Shown here in pieces: positions 30,353-39,798 of a stretch of 64,000 bases of DNA. This stretch comes from an uncultured Spirochaetota bacterium (GTDB taxonomy: Bacteria > Spirochaetota > Brevinematia > Brevinematales > JAOACQ01), in contig CAWAOD010000004.1 in NCBI GenBank assembly GCA_963783575.1, forward strand, positions 192,001-256,000, given 5' to 3'. The notes below the pieces were generated by a model. The model made no database searches and had not been told where the DNA came from. It was given only the letters and a program-made list of their open reading frames with translations. The position numbers were made by a program, and so were the translations under genes. How positions within the stretch are numbered: position 1 is the first letter of the stretch; each line of letters begins with the position of its first letter.

Positions 30353-31630
30353 CTATATCTTTTCATTCTGTATGATATTAAAATCATAGGCGATATTTAA
30401 AAGTTCAATTTTACTGCCGATCCCCATTTTATTATAAATATTGTTCATGTGCGATTCAACGGTTCTTTCTGCAATTTCAAGCTTTAAAGCAATATCATGG
30501 TTTGAAATTCCTGAAACAGTAAGTTCAATGATATCTGTTTCTCTTTTTGTTATATTATAAACTTTTTGCAGCTGTTTAATCCCTCTATTTTCTTTGGAAA
30601 TTACAAGAATACCTATTAAATCGGAAAATTGATCCGTGACCCTTGAAATATAAGAGTCTGTACGTATCGGTTCGGGTATATTCTTGTAATATATTTTACA
30701 ACGCAGCCTTTCCTCTTTACCCTCAGTTAAAAACTTGAAGCATTTTATTATTTCATCGTCTGTATGAATGAATTCAAAGATGTTTTTGTTTTTAATTTTT
30801 CCCTCCTCCATTGAAAGCAGTTCCAGGAATTTATCGTTTGTCATTGAAATATTAAGCTCAGCGCTGAGAATAACAACCATTTCATTGATGTGAGATATTA
30901 TCTCATTGGATGTGAGCGATGGTGACGGCGCCATAAATTTGTATTTGACCATGGCTCTCCATATTCCGAATATCCAGATAAGAATGAATAATTGAGCAAC
31001 TTTTGGGAAAAAGTAAATTCCAAGGTTCGGCAGAATAGTCTGAGTGATTAATATCAGTAAATCAGTCGCTATTGCTGCATACAGCATAATCCAGGCCTGT
31101 TTTTTTTCTCTTCTTAAGGTGGTTTTATTCAGCCATAACACCGTCAATATTGGGCAGATCAGCAGGAAACTTATGTAATACAAAGTGTAGATCAAATAAA
31201 AATATGTATGGCGGGCATGAAGCGTTTCCCATCCATAGTAGTTCCTGAAAAAACCTGAAATCGGGTAGCTTCCGGTAAAACTTCCCGCCAGAAGAACAAT
31301 TCCCGGTATATACAGTGCTGTTATGACAAGAACTGGAGAGGGTTTATTTTTATCTCCGGTGAGAAAAATAAAATAATTGGCCAGAAAAGCGGGAAAAAAC
31401 GATAGAAAAGGCATTGATGCTTTAAACCAGAACCAGCACCCTGCTTCATCTACAGATGAAACAAGAAAAGCATAATTCAGTGACCAGACAGCGAGCATAA
31501 GACATATTATGAAAAATAAAATATATAGAGTTCCTTTCAACACCTGCTTCAAATATAAATAAAACACAAAGAGACCGAAATAACAGTAGATCATGAATGC
31601 AAATATAAATAATAGCGATAATATAGACAT
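30353..31630 (-). CDS. 7TM-PAS-LuxR regulator, paralog 1
   Basis: Same architecture: REKKQA, KYKFM, and LuxR HTH ITKRETDII...IAERTVESHMNNIYNK. Confidence 0.85.
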   Translation of the reverse strand: MSILSLLFIFAFMIYCYFGLFVFYLYLKQVLKGTLYILFFIICLMLAVWSLNYAFLVSSVDEAGCWFWFKASMPFLSFFPAFLANYFIFLTGDKNKPSPVLVITALYIPGIVLLAGSFTGSYPISGFFRNYYGWETLHARHTYFYLIYTLYYISFLLICPILTVLWLNKTTLRREKKQAWIMLYAAIATDLLILITQTILPNLGIYFFPKVAQLFILIWIFGIWRAMVKYKFMAPSPSLTSNEIISHINEMVVILSAELNISMTNDKFLELLSMEEGKIKNKNIFEFIHTDDEIIKCFKFLTEGKEERLRCKIYYKNIPEPIRTDSYISRVTDQFSDLIGILVISKENRGIKQLQKVYNITKRETDIIELTVSGISNHDIALKLEIAERTVESHMNNIYNKMGIGSKIELLNIAYDFNIIQNEKI

Positions 31631-31828
31631 CTGTATATCCCTATAAGATTATAATGACACAATTAATTTTGTCAAGCGGTCGTATGAAATCATAAATATA
31701 CTCCGCATCAAATATTTTAATAATCATACAACCTGAAATTATTTCTTGTGGTTATTTCTTTTAAGTTATAAAATAAAACCCGGTAAAAGAAATAACAACT
31801 GCAATTTTATCAGGATAAGGATGTAAAT

Positions 31829-32674
31829 ATGACGGTCATGAGTGCTCTAATCATCTCAATGCTTGCTTCGGCAATTTCCAATATCGGTATTATTTTTCAG
31901 AAAAAAGGCGTAAATAAGGTTTCCGGAAAAAGCAATAAAGCCACCATCAAATACATTACAAACGGTACCTGGATAACCGGCCTTGCATTAATGACGGCCG
32001 GGTGGATATTTTATCTTGCGGCAATGCGCTATGCCCCAATTTCCGTAATACAGCCGCTTCAGGGCTTCGGATTTTTGGTTTTTGTGGCCTTCAGTATATT
32101 TTATCTTCATGAACGTATCCGTCCGACTGATTGGGCAGCAGTTGCCTGTATGCTCCTGGGTATTCTTATTCTGGGGTACAGCACATCCGGGGCCGGCGGT
32201 CGGGAAAATTTTACATCGACGCCTTTATTATTGCTAAATCTGGTTCTTTTCCTCCTTTTTGCGATTCTTTACATATTGATAAAGTCCGGTATATTAAAAG
32301 GCTTCAGGATTGAAGTCTTTTGGGGAATGGTATCGGGTTCGATAATGGGCCTTGCCGCATTATACACAAAGGCTATGCTTACATATGCGGGCAATAATGA
32401 TTTTTTTACAGCATTCGCAGTATATCTTCCCGTTGTAATACTGGTCAATATTGCCGGCCTTCTGGCAATGCAGCGAGGTTTCCAGACCGGTACAGCGATT
32501 ATAGTTCTATCCATTCAATCGGTTCTAAACAGCGTAATACCAGTTATAGGCGGGATGCTTTCTTTTTCGGAAAGGCTGTCTTCAAATCCCCCGGTTATTG
32601 CACTTCAGATTGCCGGCTTTTTAATGGTAATTTCGGGAACCGCGGTAATATCAAAGTTCACTAAACAGGTGTGA
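31829..32674 (+). CDS. DMT-superfamily (NIPA/EamA-like) membrane transporter
   Basis: FQKKG, W..GL, APISVIQPL and LHERI motifs; hydrophobic throughout. Confidence 0.7.
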   Translation: MTVMSALIISMLASAISNIGIIFQKKGVNKVSGKSNKATIKYITNGTWITGLALMTAGWIFYLAAMRYAPISVIQPLQGFGFLVFVAFSIFYLHERIRPTDWAAVACMLLGILILGYSTSGAGGRENFTSTPLLLLNLVLFLLFAILYILIKSGILKGFRIEVFWGMVSGSIMGLAALYTKAMLTYAGNNDFFTAFAVYLPVVILVNIAGLLAMQRGFQTGTAIIVLSIQSVLNSVIPVIGGMLSFSERLSSNPPVIALQIAGFLMVISGTAVISKFTKQV

Positions 32675-32726
32675 GGTATTATATGCCCGATTTGATTTTA
32701 TTGTATTATTAAATTATCTTAAACAT

Positions 32727-33698
32727 ATGAAAAATAGGAATATGAACCAGGTTCTTTCATCACGTATTTCCCCGCTTGACAATCTGCGCGGGCTTGCTAT
32801 CTTCCTGATGATCGTAGTCAATTCCCTGGCCGGTTATGCAAATGTGCCGTTATGGCTCAAACATGCCCCGTTTAACGGCTTTACGCTAGCCGATATAATT
32901 ATGCCGGTATTTTTATTTTCAATGGGTTTTTCATACAGCCTTTCACTAAAAAAAAGATTAACAAATAAAGGTTTGTCTAAAACTGTTTTCCATTTTATAA
33001 TAAGATATATGATTCTTTATCTTTTCGGATTAGCCGGAACTCTTTTAATCAGGGAGCCGGGCGGGTGGGGAGTGCTTGAGACTCTGGGATTTGCGGGGTT
33101 ATTCAGCCTTCCATTTATTTTTCTTGAATCAAGATTAAGGTTTATAATTTCAATCTTATTATCGGCTGTATACCAGGCAGCGTCAATGATTTGGGCGGAT
33201 ACGCTTATCAAAACCTATATTCCGACCGGCCTTGGCGGGCCGTTTGCCGTTCTGTCATGGTCATTTCCGCTTATTTTTGCATCATCGCTTTATGACTGGC
33301 TTAAGGATAGGCCTGTCGATTATAGAATAGCCAGGCTTTCGGCTATCGGTGTGGTTTTTCTTGCGTCCGGCATATTGCTGTCAATAATAATTCCAATAAA
33401 CAAGCATCTTGTTTCCGTGTCATATATCTTATTTTCCACAGGAACGGCTTCTTTGCTTTTCATGATTTTTATAATTACCAATGAAATTTTGAAAATAAAT
33501 ATTGGTTACCTTGATATAATGGGTAAAAATTCCCTGCTGCTCTATATGTTCTCAAGTGTGATCATCCTGGTTGAAAATATAATTATCAAACCAGACACAC
33601 AATTTATTATCGCGCTTTCCGGAACTGCTGGAGTTCTGGCATTAATTTTTATCACAGCCTGGATTATGAATTATAAAAAAATATTTATAAAATTGTAA
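32727..33698 (+). CDS. HGSNAT-like membrane acyltransferase
   Basis: [44 protein letters not shown] and GKNSL motifs. Confidence 0.8.
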   Translation: MKNRNMNQVLSSRISPLDNLRGLAIFLMIVVNSLAGYANVPLWLKHAPFNGFTLADIIMPVFLFSMGFSYSLSLKKRLTNKGLSKTVFHFIIRYMILYLFGLAGTLLIREPGGWGVLETLGFAGLFSLPFIFLESRLRFIISILLSAVYQAASMIWADTLIKTYIPTGLGGPFAVLSWSFPLIFASSLYDWLKDRPVDYRIARLSAIGVVFLASGILLSIIIPINKHLVSVSYILFSTGTASLLFMIFIITNEILKINIGYLDIMGKNSLLLYMFSSVIILVENIIIKPDTQFIIALSGTAGVLALIFITAWIMNYKKIFIKL

Positions 33699-33712
33699 AA
33701 AAGGGTTTACCT

Positions 33713-34063
33713 ATGATTAAAATAAAAAGGGTATATGAAGAAATTTCGCCGGATGACGGTTTCCGGATCCTGGTCGATCTTTTATGGCCGAGGGGATTGG
33801 CAAAGGAAAAGGCCAAAATTGACATATGGCTGAAAGAAGCCGCTCCAAGCGGTGGACTCCGTAAATGGTTCGGGCATGATCCCGAAAAATGGAATGAATT
33901 CAGGAAGCGTTACCGCCATGAACTGGAAATCAAGAATAAAGAATTATATCTGATAGCTGAAAAAGCTGAAAATGGCAACATAACTCTTTTGTATGCGGCT
34001 AAAGATGAATTACATAATAATGCGGTTGTTCTTAAAGAATTTATCGAAAAATTAGTACAATAA
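33713..34063 (+). CDS. DUF488/YeaO family protein
   Basis: IKRVYE...[23 protein letters not shown] and HNNAVVL motifs. Confidence 0.9.
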   Translation: MIKIKRVYEEISPDDGFRILVDLLWPRGLAKEKAKIDIWLKEAAPSGGLRKWFGHDPEKWNEFRKRYRHELEIKNKELYLIAEKAENGNITLLYAAKDELHNNAVVLKEFIEKLVQ

Positions 34064-34284
34064 ATTATTAATGAATCAAAAGATTCGGTTAACTTCTTTC
34101 GGCTTTTTCTTAAGATAAAGTGATATTGAAAAAGACTGCATCAGTGAGAATAGTTTCCTTTATAAGAAAATGCATTATCGAATTTTGAAATTTTTATGAA
34201 TCAAACTTACAATATTCTGCTGGATTTTCAATTATGCGTATATGCGCCTTTCCGGCTTCGATCCAGTAAAGTCTGGAGGTTTTA

Positions 34285-36909
34285 ATGACCGCAAACAAAC
34301 AAAAAAACAAGAATCGCAAAAACAGCGAAGCTGTAAAAAGGCTTTACGATATTTGTTCCGCACATGTCGAAGAAGCCCTGTCTAAAATGGAAACAAATTC
34401 AAAGGGATTGGACCAGGAAACACATGACAGGCTTTTAAAAGAGTTTGGAAAAAACGAAATATCAGGCTCTGGTAAAACAAATGCATTTGTCGACCTGCTC
34501 CTGCGCTTCAAAAATCCTCTTGTAATACAGTTACTTGTTATCTGTGCCGTATCTTACTTTATGGGAGATTTACGTTCAGCGGCTGTTGTCGGAGGAATGA
34601 TTTTCCTGAGTGTTTTTCTGGCATTTTTCCAGGAAAGGCGTTCCGGAAAAGCCGCCGAGGAGCTTCAAAAAATGGTACAGGCTACCGCTGTTATTCTTAG
34701 TAACGGCAAGGAAGTTGAAGTTACTATAAGCGAGATAGTCCCGGGTGAGATTGTAGTCCTTACAGCCGGTTCTATCGTACCTGCCGATCTACGCATCATA
34801 TCGGCCAAGGATTTTTTTATCAGCCAGTCGGCTTTAACCGGTGAATCGATGCCGGTTGAAAAATTCGCCGAATTTCAGAATCTCGACAGCAAAGAACCTC
34901 TGGCTTTCAGCAATGCCTGTTTCCAGGGAAGCAATGTTGTCAGCGGAAGCGCGAAGGCTATTGCGGTGAATACCGGCAAATCAACAATCCTCGGCGCCAT
35001 ATCGGAAAATTTAACCGAAAGCAAAGAAACCACAAGCTTTGACAAGGGGGTAAGTTCTTTTGTATGGCTTATGGTCAGGTTTATGGTTATCATGGTTTCA
35101 TTAACTTTTTTTATAGTCGGCCTAACAAAACACAATTGGCTTGAAGCTCTTTTATTCGGACTTTCTGTAGCGGTAGGCCTAACGCCGGAGATGCTGCCCA
35201 TGATAGTCACGGTCTGCCTGTCCAAGGGCGCTCTCGTTATGTCGAAAAAAAAGGTCATTGTTAAAAAGCTTAAAGCAATCCAGAATTTCGGGGCAATGAA
35301 TATCCTCTGTACCGACAAGACCGGGACACTGACCCAGGATAGAATTGTTCTGGAGAAATATGTTGATGTAACCAACCGTACCGATACCGACGTTTTGAAA
35401 TATGCTTATCTAAACAGCTATTACCAGACCGGGCTCCGCAATCTTTTAGACAAGGCAATACTCGGACATGAAGATCTTGATGTTGAAAAAAGCGCCCTTA
35501 AGGTGGACGAAATACCATTTGATTTCACAAGGAAAAGAATGTCGGTGATCATAGATTATGAGGATACCCACGTGCTGATCTGCAAAGGTTCGGTTGAGGC
35601 GGTCTACACAATCTGCGACAGGTACCAGATTGATGATGATATCTTTCCGATGATCGATATGATAAAAGCGGACCTGAATGAAGAATACCAGCGCCTGAGT
35701 TCCTCAGGCTACCGCGTTCTTGCAATAGCATACAAGGAATTCGATAAATCAAAGAAAATCTTTTCCCCGGCCGATGAAAATGATCTTATACTTTTAGGTT
35801 ATGTTGCATTTTTCGATCCTCCCAAAGATTCTACAGCGGCAGCGCTTAAGGCACTGTATAAATCCGGGGTCGATGTTAAGATCCTGACCGGAGACAATGA
35901 GCTTGTAACACAAAAGGTCTGTCACGACGTTGGCCTTACCGTTACCGACGTTAAGACCGGGAGGGAACTGGCCGTAATGAACGAGGTAGCTTTTAAAGAA
36001 GCGGTTATAAAAGCCAATGTTTTTGCTTCTCTTACCCCTTCGCAGAAGGAAAAGATTATACAGACTCTCAGGAACGACGGGAATGTTGTCGGTTTTATGG
36101 GGGACGGCATCAATGACGCACCCGCCATGAAAGCAGCCGATGTGGGAATCTCGGTAGATTCGGCAGTTGATATCGCAAAAGAATCGGCAGACATTATCCT
36201 TCTTGAAAAAAGCCTGATGGTTCTTGAGGATGGTATTATAGAAGGTAGAAAGATTTTCGCGAATATTATAAAATATATTAAAATGGGCGCCAGCTCAAAT
36301 TTCGGGAATATGTTCAGCGTCGTCGGCGGAAGCTATTTCCTGCCTTTCTTACCAATGGCGCCTATCCAGGTGCTTGCCAATAACTTCCTTTACGATATTT
36401 CCCAGACCGGGATTCCTACCGATAATGTCGATAATGATCTTATCGAAAAACCGCATAAATGGGATATAGCATTTATACAAAAATTCATGATTAGGATCGG
36501 CCCGATAAGTTCAATTTTCGACTACGCTACTTTTTTCTTGATGCTATATTTCTTCAACTGTAATCTATTTCGAAACCCTAATACCGCTCCGGAAATGAAA
36601 GTCTTTTACGAAAAGCTTTTTCATACAGGCTGGTTTGTTGAGTCGCTGTTAACACAGACCCTTATTGTCCACATCATACGTACAAATAAGATTCCTTTTT
36701 TCCAGAGCCGTGCAAGCCTTCCCATGGGGCTTACAACAATAATTGTTATGGCGGCGGCAGTTTATCTGCCCTATTCACCATTTGCCGCACTCATCGGACT
36801 GGTTCCATTACCGCCTATTTTCTGGTTATGGATCGCCGGATTTCTCCTGGCATATTGTATTTTGACCCATACGCTGAAAACTTACTTCACTAAAAGGATC
36901 GGAGGTTGA
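34285..36909 (+). CDS. mgtA: Magnesium-translocating P-type ATPase
   Basis: TGES, AVGLTPEMLP, DKTGTLT, GDGINDAP, SSNFGN and TGWFVESLLTQTL motifs. Confidence 0.92.
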   Translation: MTANKQKNKNRKNSEAVKRLYDICSAHVEEALSKMETNSKGLDQETHDRLLKEFGKNEISGSGKTNAFVDLLLRFKNPLVIQLLVICAVSYFMGDLRSAAVVGGMIFLSVFLAFFQERRSGKAAEELQKMVQATAVILSNGKEVEVTISEIVPGEIVVLTAGSIVPADLRIISAKDFFISQSALTGESMPVEKFAEFQNLDSKEPLAFSNACFQGSNVVSGSAKAIAVNTGKSTILGAISENLTESKETTSFDKGVSSFVWLMVRFMVIMVSLTFFIVGLTKHNWLEALLFGLSVAVGLTPEMLPMIVTVCLSKGALVMSKKKVIVKKLKAIQNFGAMNILCTDKTGTLTQDRIVLEKYVDVTNRTDTDVLKYAYLNSYYQTGLRNLLDKAILGHEDLDVEKSALKVDEIPFDFTRKRMSVIIDYEDTHVLICKGSVEAVYTICDRYQIDDDIFPMIDMIKADLNEEYQRLSSSGYRVLAIAYKEFDKSKKIFSPADENDLILLGYVAFFDPPKDSTAAALKALYKSGVDVKILTGDNELVTQKVCHDVGLTVTDVKTGRELAVMNEVAFKEAVIKANVFASLTPSQKEKIIQTLRNDGNVVGFMGDGINDAPAMKAADVGISVDSAVDIAKESADIILLEKSLMVLEDGIIEGRKIFANIIKYIKMGASSNFGNMFSVVGGSYFLPFLPMAPIQVLANNFLYDISQTGIPTDNVDNDLIEKPHKWDIAFIQKFMIRIGPISSIFDYATFFLMLYFFNCNLFRNPNTAPEMKVFYEKLFHTGWFVESLLTQTLIVHIIRTNKIPFFQSRASLPMGLTTIIVMAAAVYLPYSPFAALIGLVPLPPIFWLWIAGFLLAYCILTHTLKTYFTKRIGG

Positions 36910-37694
36910 TCATGAAAAGCATTCTTGACGCATTAAAGGATGGAAGGCTCATCGAGCTTCCCGATGCAGACAAGGATAAATCGCTGGAATACCTTGCCGT
37001 CCTTATTGAGGCAATTCCGCATATTACTACTGATATAGATTTTGTCAATGAGATCAAAGAAAGGGAAAAACAGCTCAACACGGCAATAGGGATGGGGGTG
37101 GCTTGTCCCCACGCCCGGTCGAAGCAGGAAGGCGAGCTTCTCTGCGCTGTCGGCTGGTCTCCGGCCGGTATAGATTACGGAGCATACGACAGCAAAAAAG
37201 TTCATTTGATAGTAATGTACTATATCCCCGATTCACATAAAAACACTTATCTGAAGGAAATTTCCGGCCTTGTGAAAGCCATTAAAGAAACGAGCGGCAT
37301 ACAGGACCTTGAGAACATCAAAGATATGACAAGCCTCCGAAGCAGGCTTCTCGACTGGGTGGAGATGTCTATCGATAAATCGACGCCGGATGCAAAGGCA
37401 AGAATGATCAAACTTGAAGAGAAGCAGCTTGCGTCGGCCGCAGCGCCTGAAATTCATGGAAAAATCAGGATCATACCGTTTTCCGCGGTGCTTGTTGATC
37501 CGGTTAAGCTTTTTATCCTGTCACAGGATATGGAAATCATTAATAATTTTGAAAATTCCACAGAGCTTCCCGGCCTTTTAACCACGCGTACCGACTTTGA
37601 TCTGGCCGGTTATCAGGTAACAATCAGTTCATCGAAATCATTCGGTCAGAAAAGATCACTTTATGACTGCGTGGCGGTGAAGATTTCATCATAA
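36906..37694 (+). CDS. PTS EIIA (type 2, Fru/Ntr-like) domain protein with C-terminal extension
   Basis: EREKQLNTAIGMGVACPHAR (phospho-His motif) and GIDYGAYD..KVHLI. Overlaps the mgtA stop. Confidence 0.82.
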   Translation: MIMKSILDALKDGRLIELPDADKDKSLEYLAVLIEAIPHITTDIDFVNEIKEREKQLNTAIGMGVACPHARSKQEGELLCAVGWSPAGIDYGAYDSKKVHLIVMYYIPDSHKNTYLKEISGLVKAIKETSGIQDLENIKDMTSLRSRLLDWVEMSIDKSTPDAKARMIKLEEKQLASAAAPEIHGKIRIIPFSAVLVDPVKLFILSQDMEIINNFENSTELPGLLTTRTDFDLAGYQVTISSSKSFGQKRSLYDCVAVKISS

Positions 37695-37854
37695 CTTTTG
37701 AGTAATTTTGATCATGGCGTTATCATCGCGATTTTTTCAGCAGTTTTATTGTTTTGCCTGTCGTTATTCACCGAGGCAATTTTGGCGGCAGCAAAAGCAG
37801 AGCAACCACGCCTTAAAAGTTCGATCGAATCATAAACTGCAACAGATAGTAACC

Positions 37855-38580
37855 TTACCCTTCCTGTCTTATCAACTCAATCATATCCCTCACTGCTTTT
37901 TCAAGCCCTGTAAAAAGAGCGCGCCCGATTATCGAATGCCCTATGTTGAGGGTCTCGATCTCCGAAATGCAGGCGACTTCCCTAACATTTTTATAATTCA
38001 GTCCATGACCTGCGTTTACCCGGAGGCCAATGGAGGCTGCGTATTTTGCTGCGTTTATTACATTATTAAGCTCTTTATTTATCTCTAGCTCGCCGGAGGC
38101 ATCGGCGTATCTTCCGGTATGGATTTCTATATAATCGCTGCCTGCTTCCCTGGAAGCCTCGATCTGGTCTTTTTCCGCATCGATAAAGAGGCTGACAATA
38201 ACCCCCTTTTTCTTGAGCCCTGAAATGACTTCTTTCAATACACTGCTGTTTTTAACCGCATCAAGCCCGCCTTCGGTTGTTATTTCCTCACGCCTTTCGG
38301 GTACTATACAGACATCATCCGGTACTATTTTCATTGCTATATCAACAATATCAGGATTTACGGACATTTCCAGGTTCAGCCTTGTTTTTAAGGCGTTCCT
38401 CAGAAGATAAACATCCCTGTCCTGGATATGCCGTCTGTCTTCCCTTAAATGCGCAGTAATACTGTCGGCCCCGGCAAGTTCCGCGAGAACAGCCGCATAA
38501 AGCGGATCGGGGCTATCCGATTTTCTCACCTGCCTTAATGTGGCCACATGGTCGATATTTACTCCCAATTTCTTTCTCAT
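37855..38580 (-). CDS. pdxJ: Pyridoxine 5'-phosphate synthase
   Basis: LGVNIDHVATLRQ, HLREDRRHI, VPERREEITTEGG, NAGHGL and LNIGHSII motifs. Confidence 0.97.
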   Translation of the reverse strand: MRKKLGVNIDHVATLRQVRKSDSPDPLYAAVLAELAGADSITAHLREDRRHIQDRDVYLLRNALKTRLNLEMSVNPDIVDIAMKIVPDDVCIVPERREEITTEGGLDAVKNSSVLKEVISGLKKKGVIVSLFIDAEKDQIEASREAGSDYIEIHTGRYADASGELEINKELNNVINAAKYAASIGLRVNAGHGLNYKNVREVACISEIETLNIGHSIIGRALFTGLEKAVRDMIELIRQEG

Positions 38581-38692
38581 ATTATTCCTCTTTTATTGAT
38601 AATGCATGTATAAATTTCTAATAATAATAATAATTTTATCTGTTTTTGCATTAAAAATCAAGCCGTTTTGATTATACAAATTAAATAAACTA

Positions 38693-39340
38693 TTGGTAAA
38701 AAAAATCGATAATAATCATATGATAAAAAAATTGAATTTTGATGATATTCAGTCGATTATTAACAGTCTGGATTCCCCCCATAATTTTAACGATCCTTAC
38801 GATTCATCCAAAGAGGAAGAATTGCGGGCTGAGCTTGAAAAATATATAAATACCGGGATTTTTGAAAATAAGGCTGTCCTGGGAATTGAAATAAGAAAAT
38901 TCATAAAATTCGGCCTTTTTGAACAATCCATAATTCCTTTTGTTTTTTGCGAGATTATAAGCAGTGCTGTTTCTTTCTGCATTAATCAAAACAAAAGTAT
39001 TTTTATTAATTATCATAAGGAAGATTTTAAGAGAAATTTTAAAATCCGGGAAAGCGGCGGCTATTACGTTTTTGACAATCCCCTGATGGCGCTGATATTT
39101 ATAATGGGCCTTGAGATTAATTTAAAAGCATACAATTCATTCAAGATTTACCCGAACCTGAGGAATATAATAGGCTGTCTTGATTTTCACTACGCCATCA
39201 CCTATGACAAGGTCTTCGGTTTTAATAACTATTTCTATGGGAATGGAATTGGCAATAACAGCAGAATCATCAACAGGGAAAGCGGTAGTAAATGCATAAT
39301 TGATAAAGCGGCTTATGAATGGCTGATTGTTAATGTTTAA
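38693..39340 (+). CDS. Hypothetical protein, possibly a degenerate class III nucleotidyl-cyclase fold
   Basis: AVLGIEIRKF and YAITYD...NYFYGNGIGNNSRI loosely echo cyclase motifs. Confidence 0.4.
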   Translation: MVKKIDNNHMIKKLNFDDIQSIINSLDSPHNFNDPYDSSKEEELRAELEKYINTGIFENKAVLGIEIRKFIKFGLFEQSIIPFVFCEIISSAVSFCINQNKSIFINYHKEDFKRNFKIRESGGYYVFDNPLMALIFIMGLEINLKAYNSFKIYPNLRNIIGCLDFHYAITYDKVFGFNNYFYGNGIGNNSRIINRESGSKCIIDKAAYEWLIVNV

Positions 39341-39354
39341 ATTTCATCAACTCA

Positions 39355-39780
39355 TTAATTAAAAAAAGAAATAATAATCCCGGCTATGATGATAAAAACC
39401 GCATAAAGAGAACCTTTCCAGGGCGTATCCGCTTTTGTTTTCCTGCATAACAGGAAATTATTAATAAAAAGCCCGGTACAAAAAATCAGGGCTATAATGG
39501 GAATTGCATATTTGTAAAACAAACTGTTTATAAAATAATTAACAACAGGACAAATTATCATTAATAACGCCATAACAAGAAAACCCAGCCCGCTCAATCT
39601 AAGAATTGACAATATTACAGGCTTTAGCTGATCGTCAATTTCATCCCATTTTTTATTTGCCGCCTGTTCATGAAAAGGCATGAATTTTTCTGATGAAAAG
39701 CTTTTAAGCGCCATGACTAAACTGATAACGCCGACAATAAAATAAAGCACGACAGGTATTATTTTAAGTATTTCTCTCAT
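39355..39780 (-). CDS. Hypothetical 4-TM membrane protein
   Basis: Hydrophobic ORF with RBS GGAGG. Confidence 0.7.
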   Translation of the reverse strand: MREILKIIPVVLYFIVGVISLVMALKSFSSEKFMPFHEQAANKKWDEIDDQLKPVILSILRLSGLGFLVMALLMIICPVVNYFINSLFYKYAIPIIALIFCTGLFINNFLLCRKTKADTPWKGSLYAVFIIIAGIIISFFN

Positions 39781-39798
39781 TTTAAACCTCCAATAGAA

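Noticed and set aside
37708..38088. 126-aa plus-strand ORF
   Set aside because: It is largely antisense to pdxJ and has no recognisable motifs.
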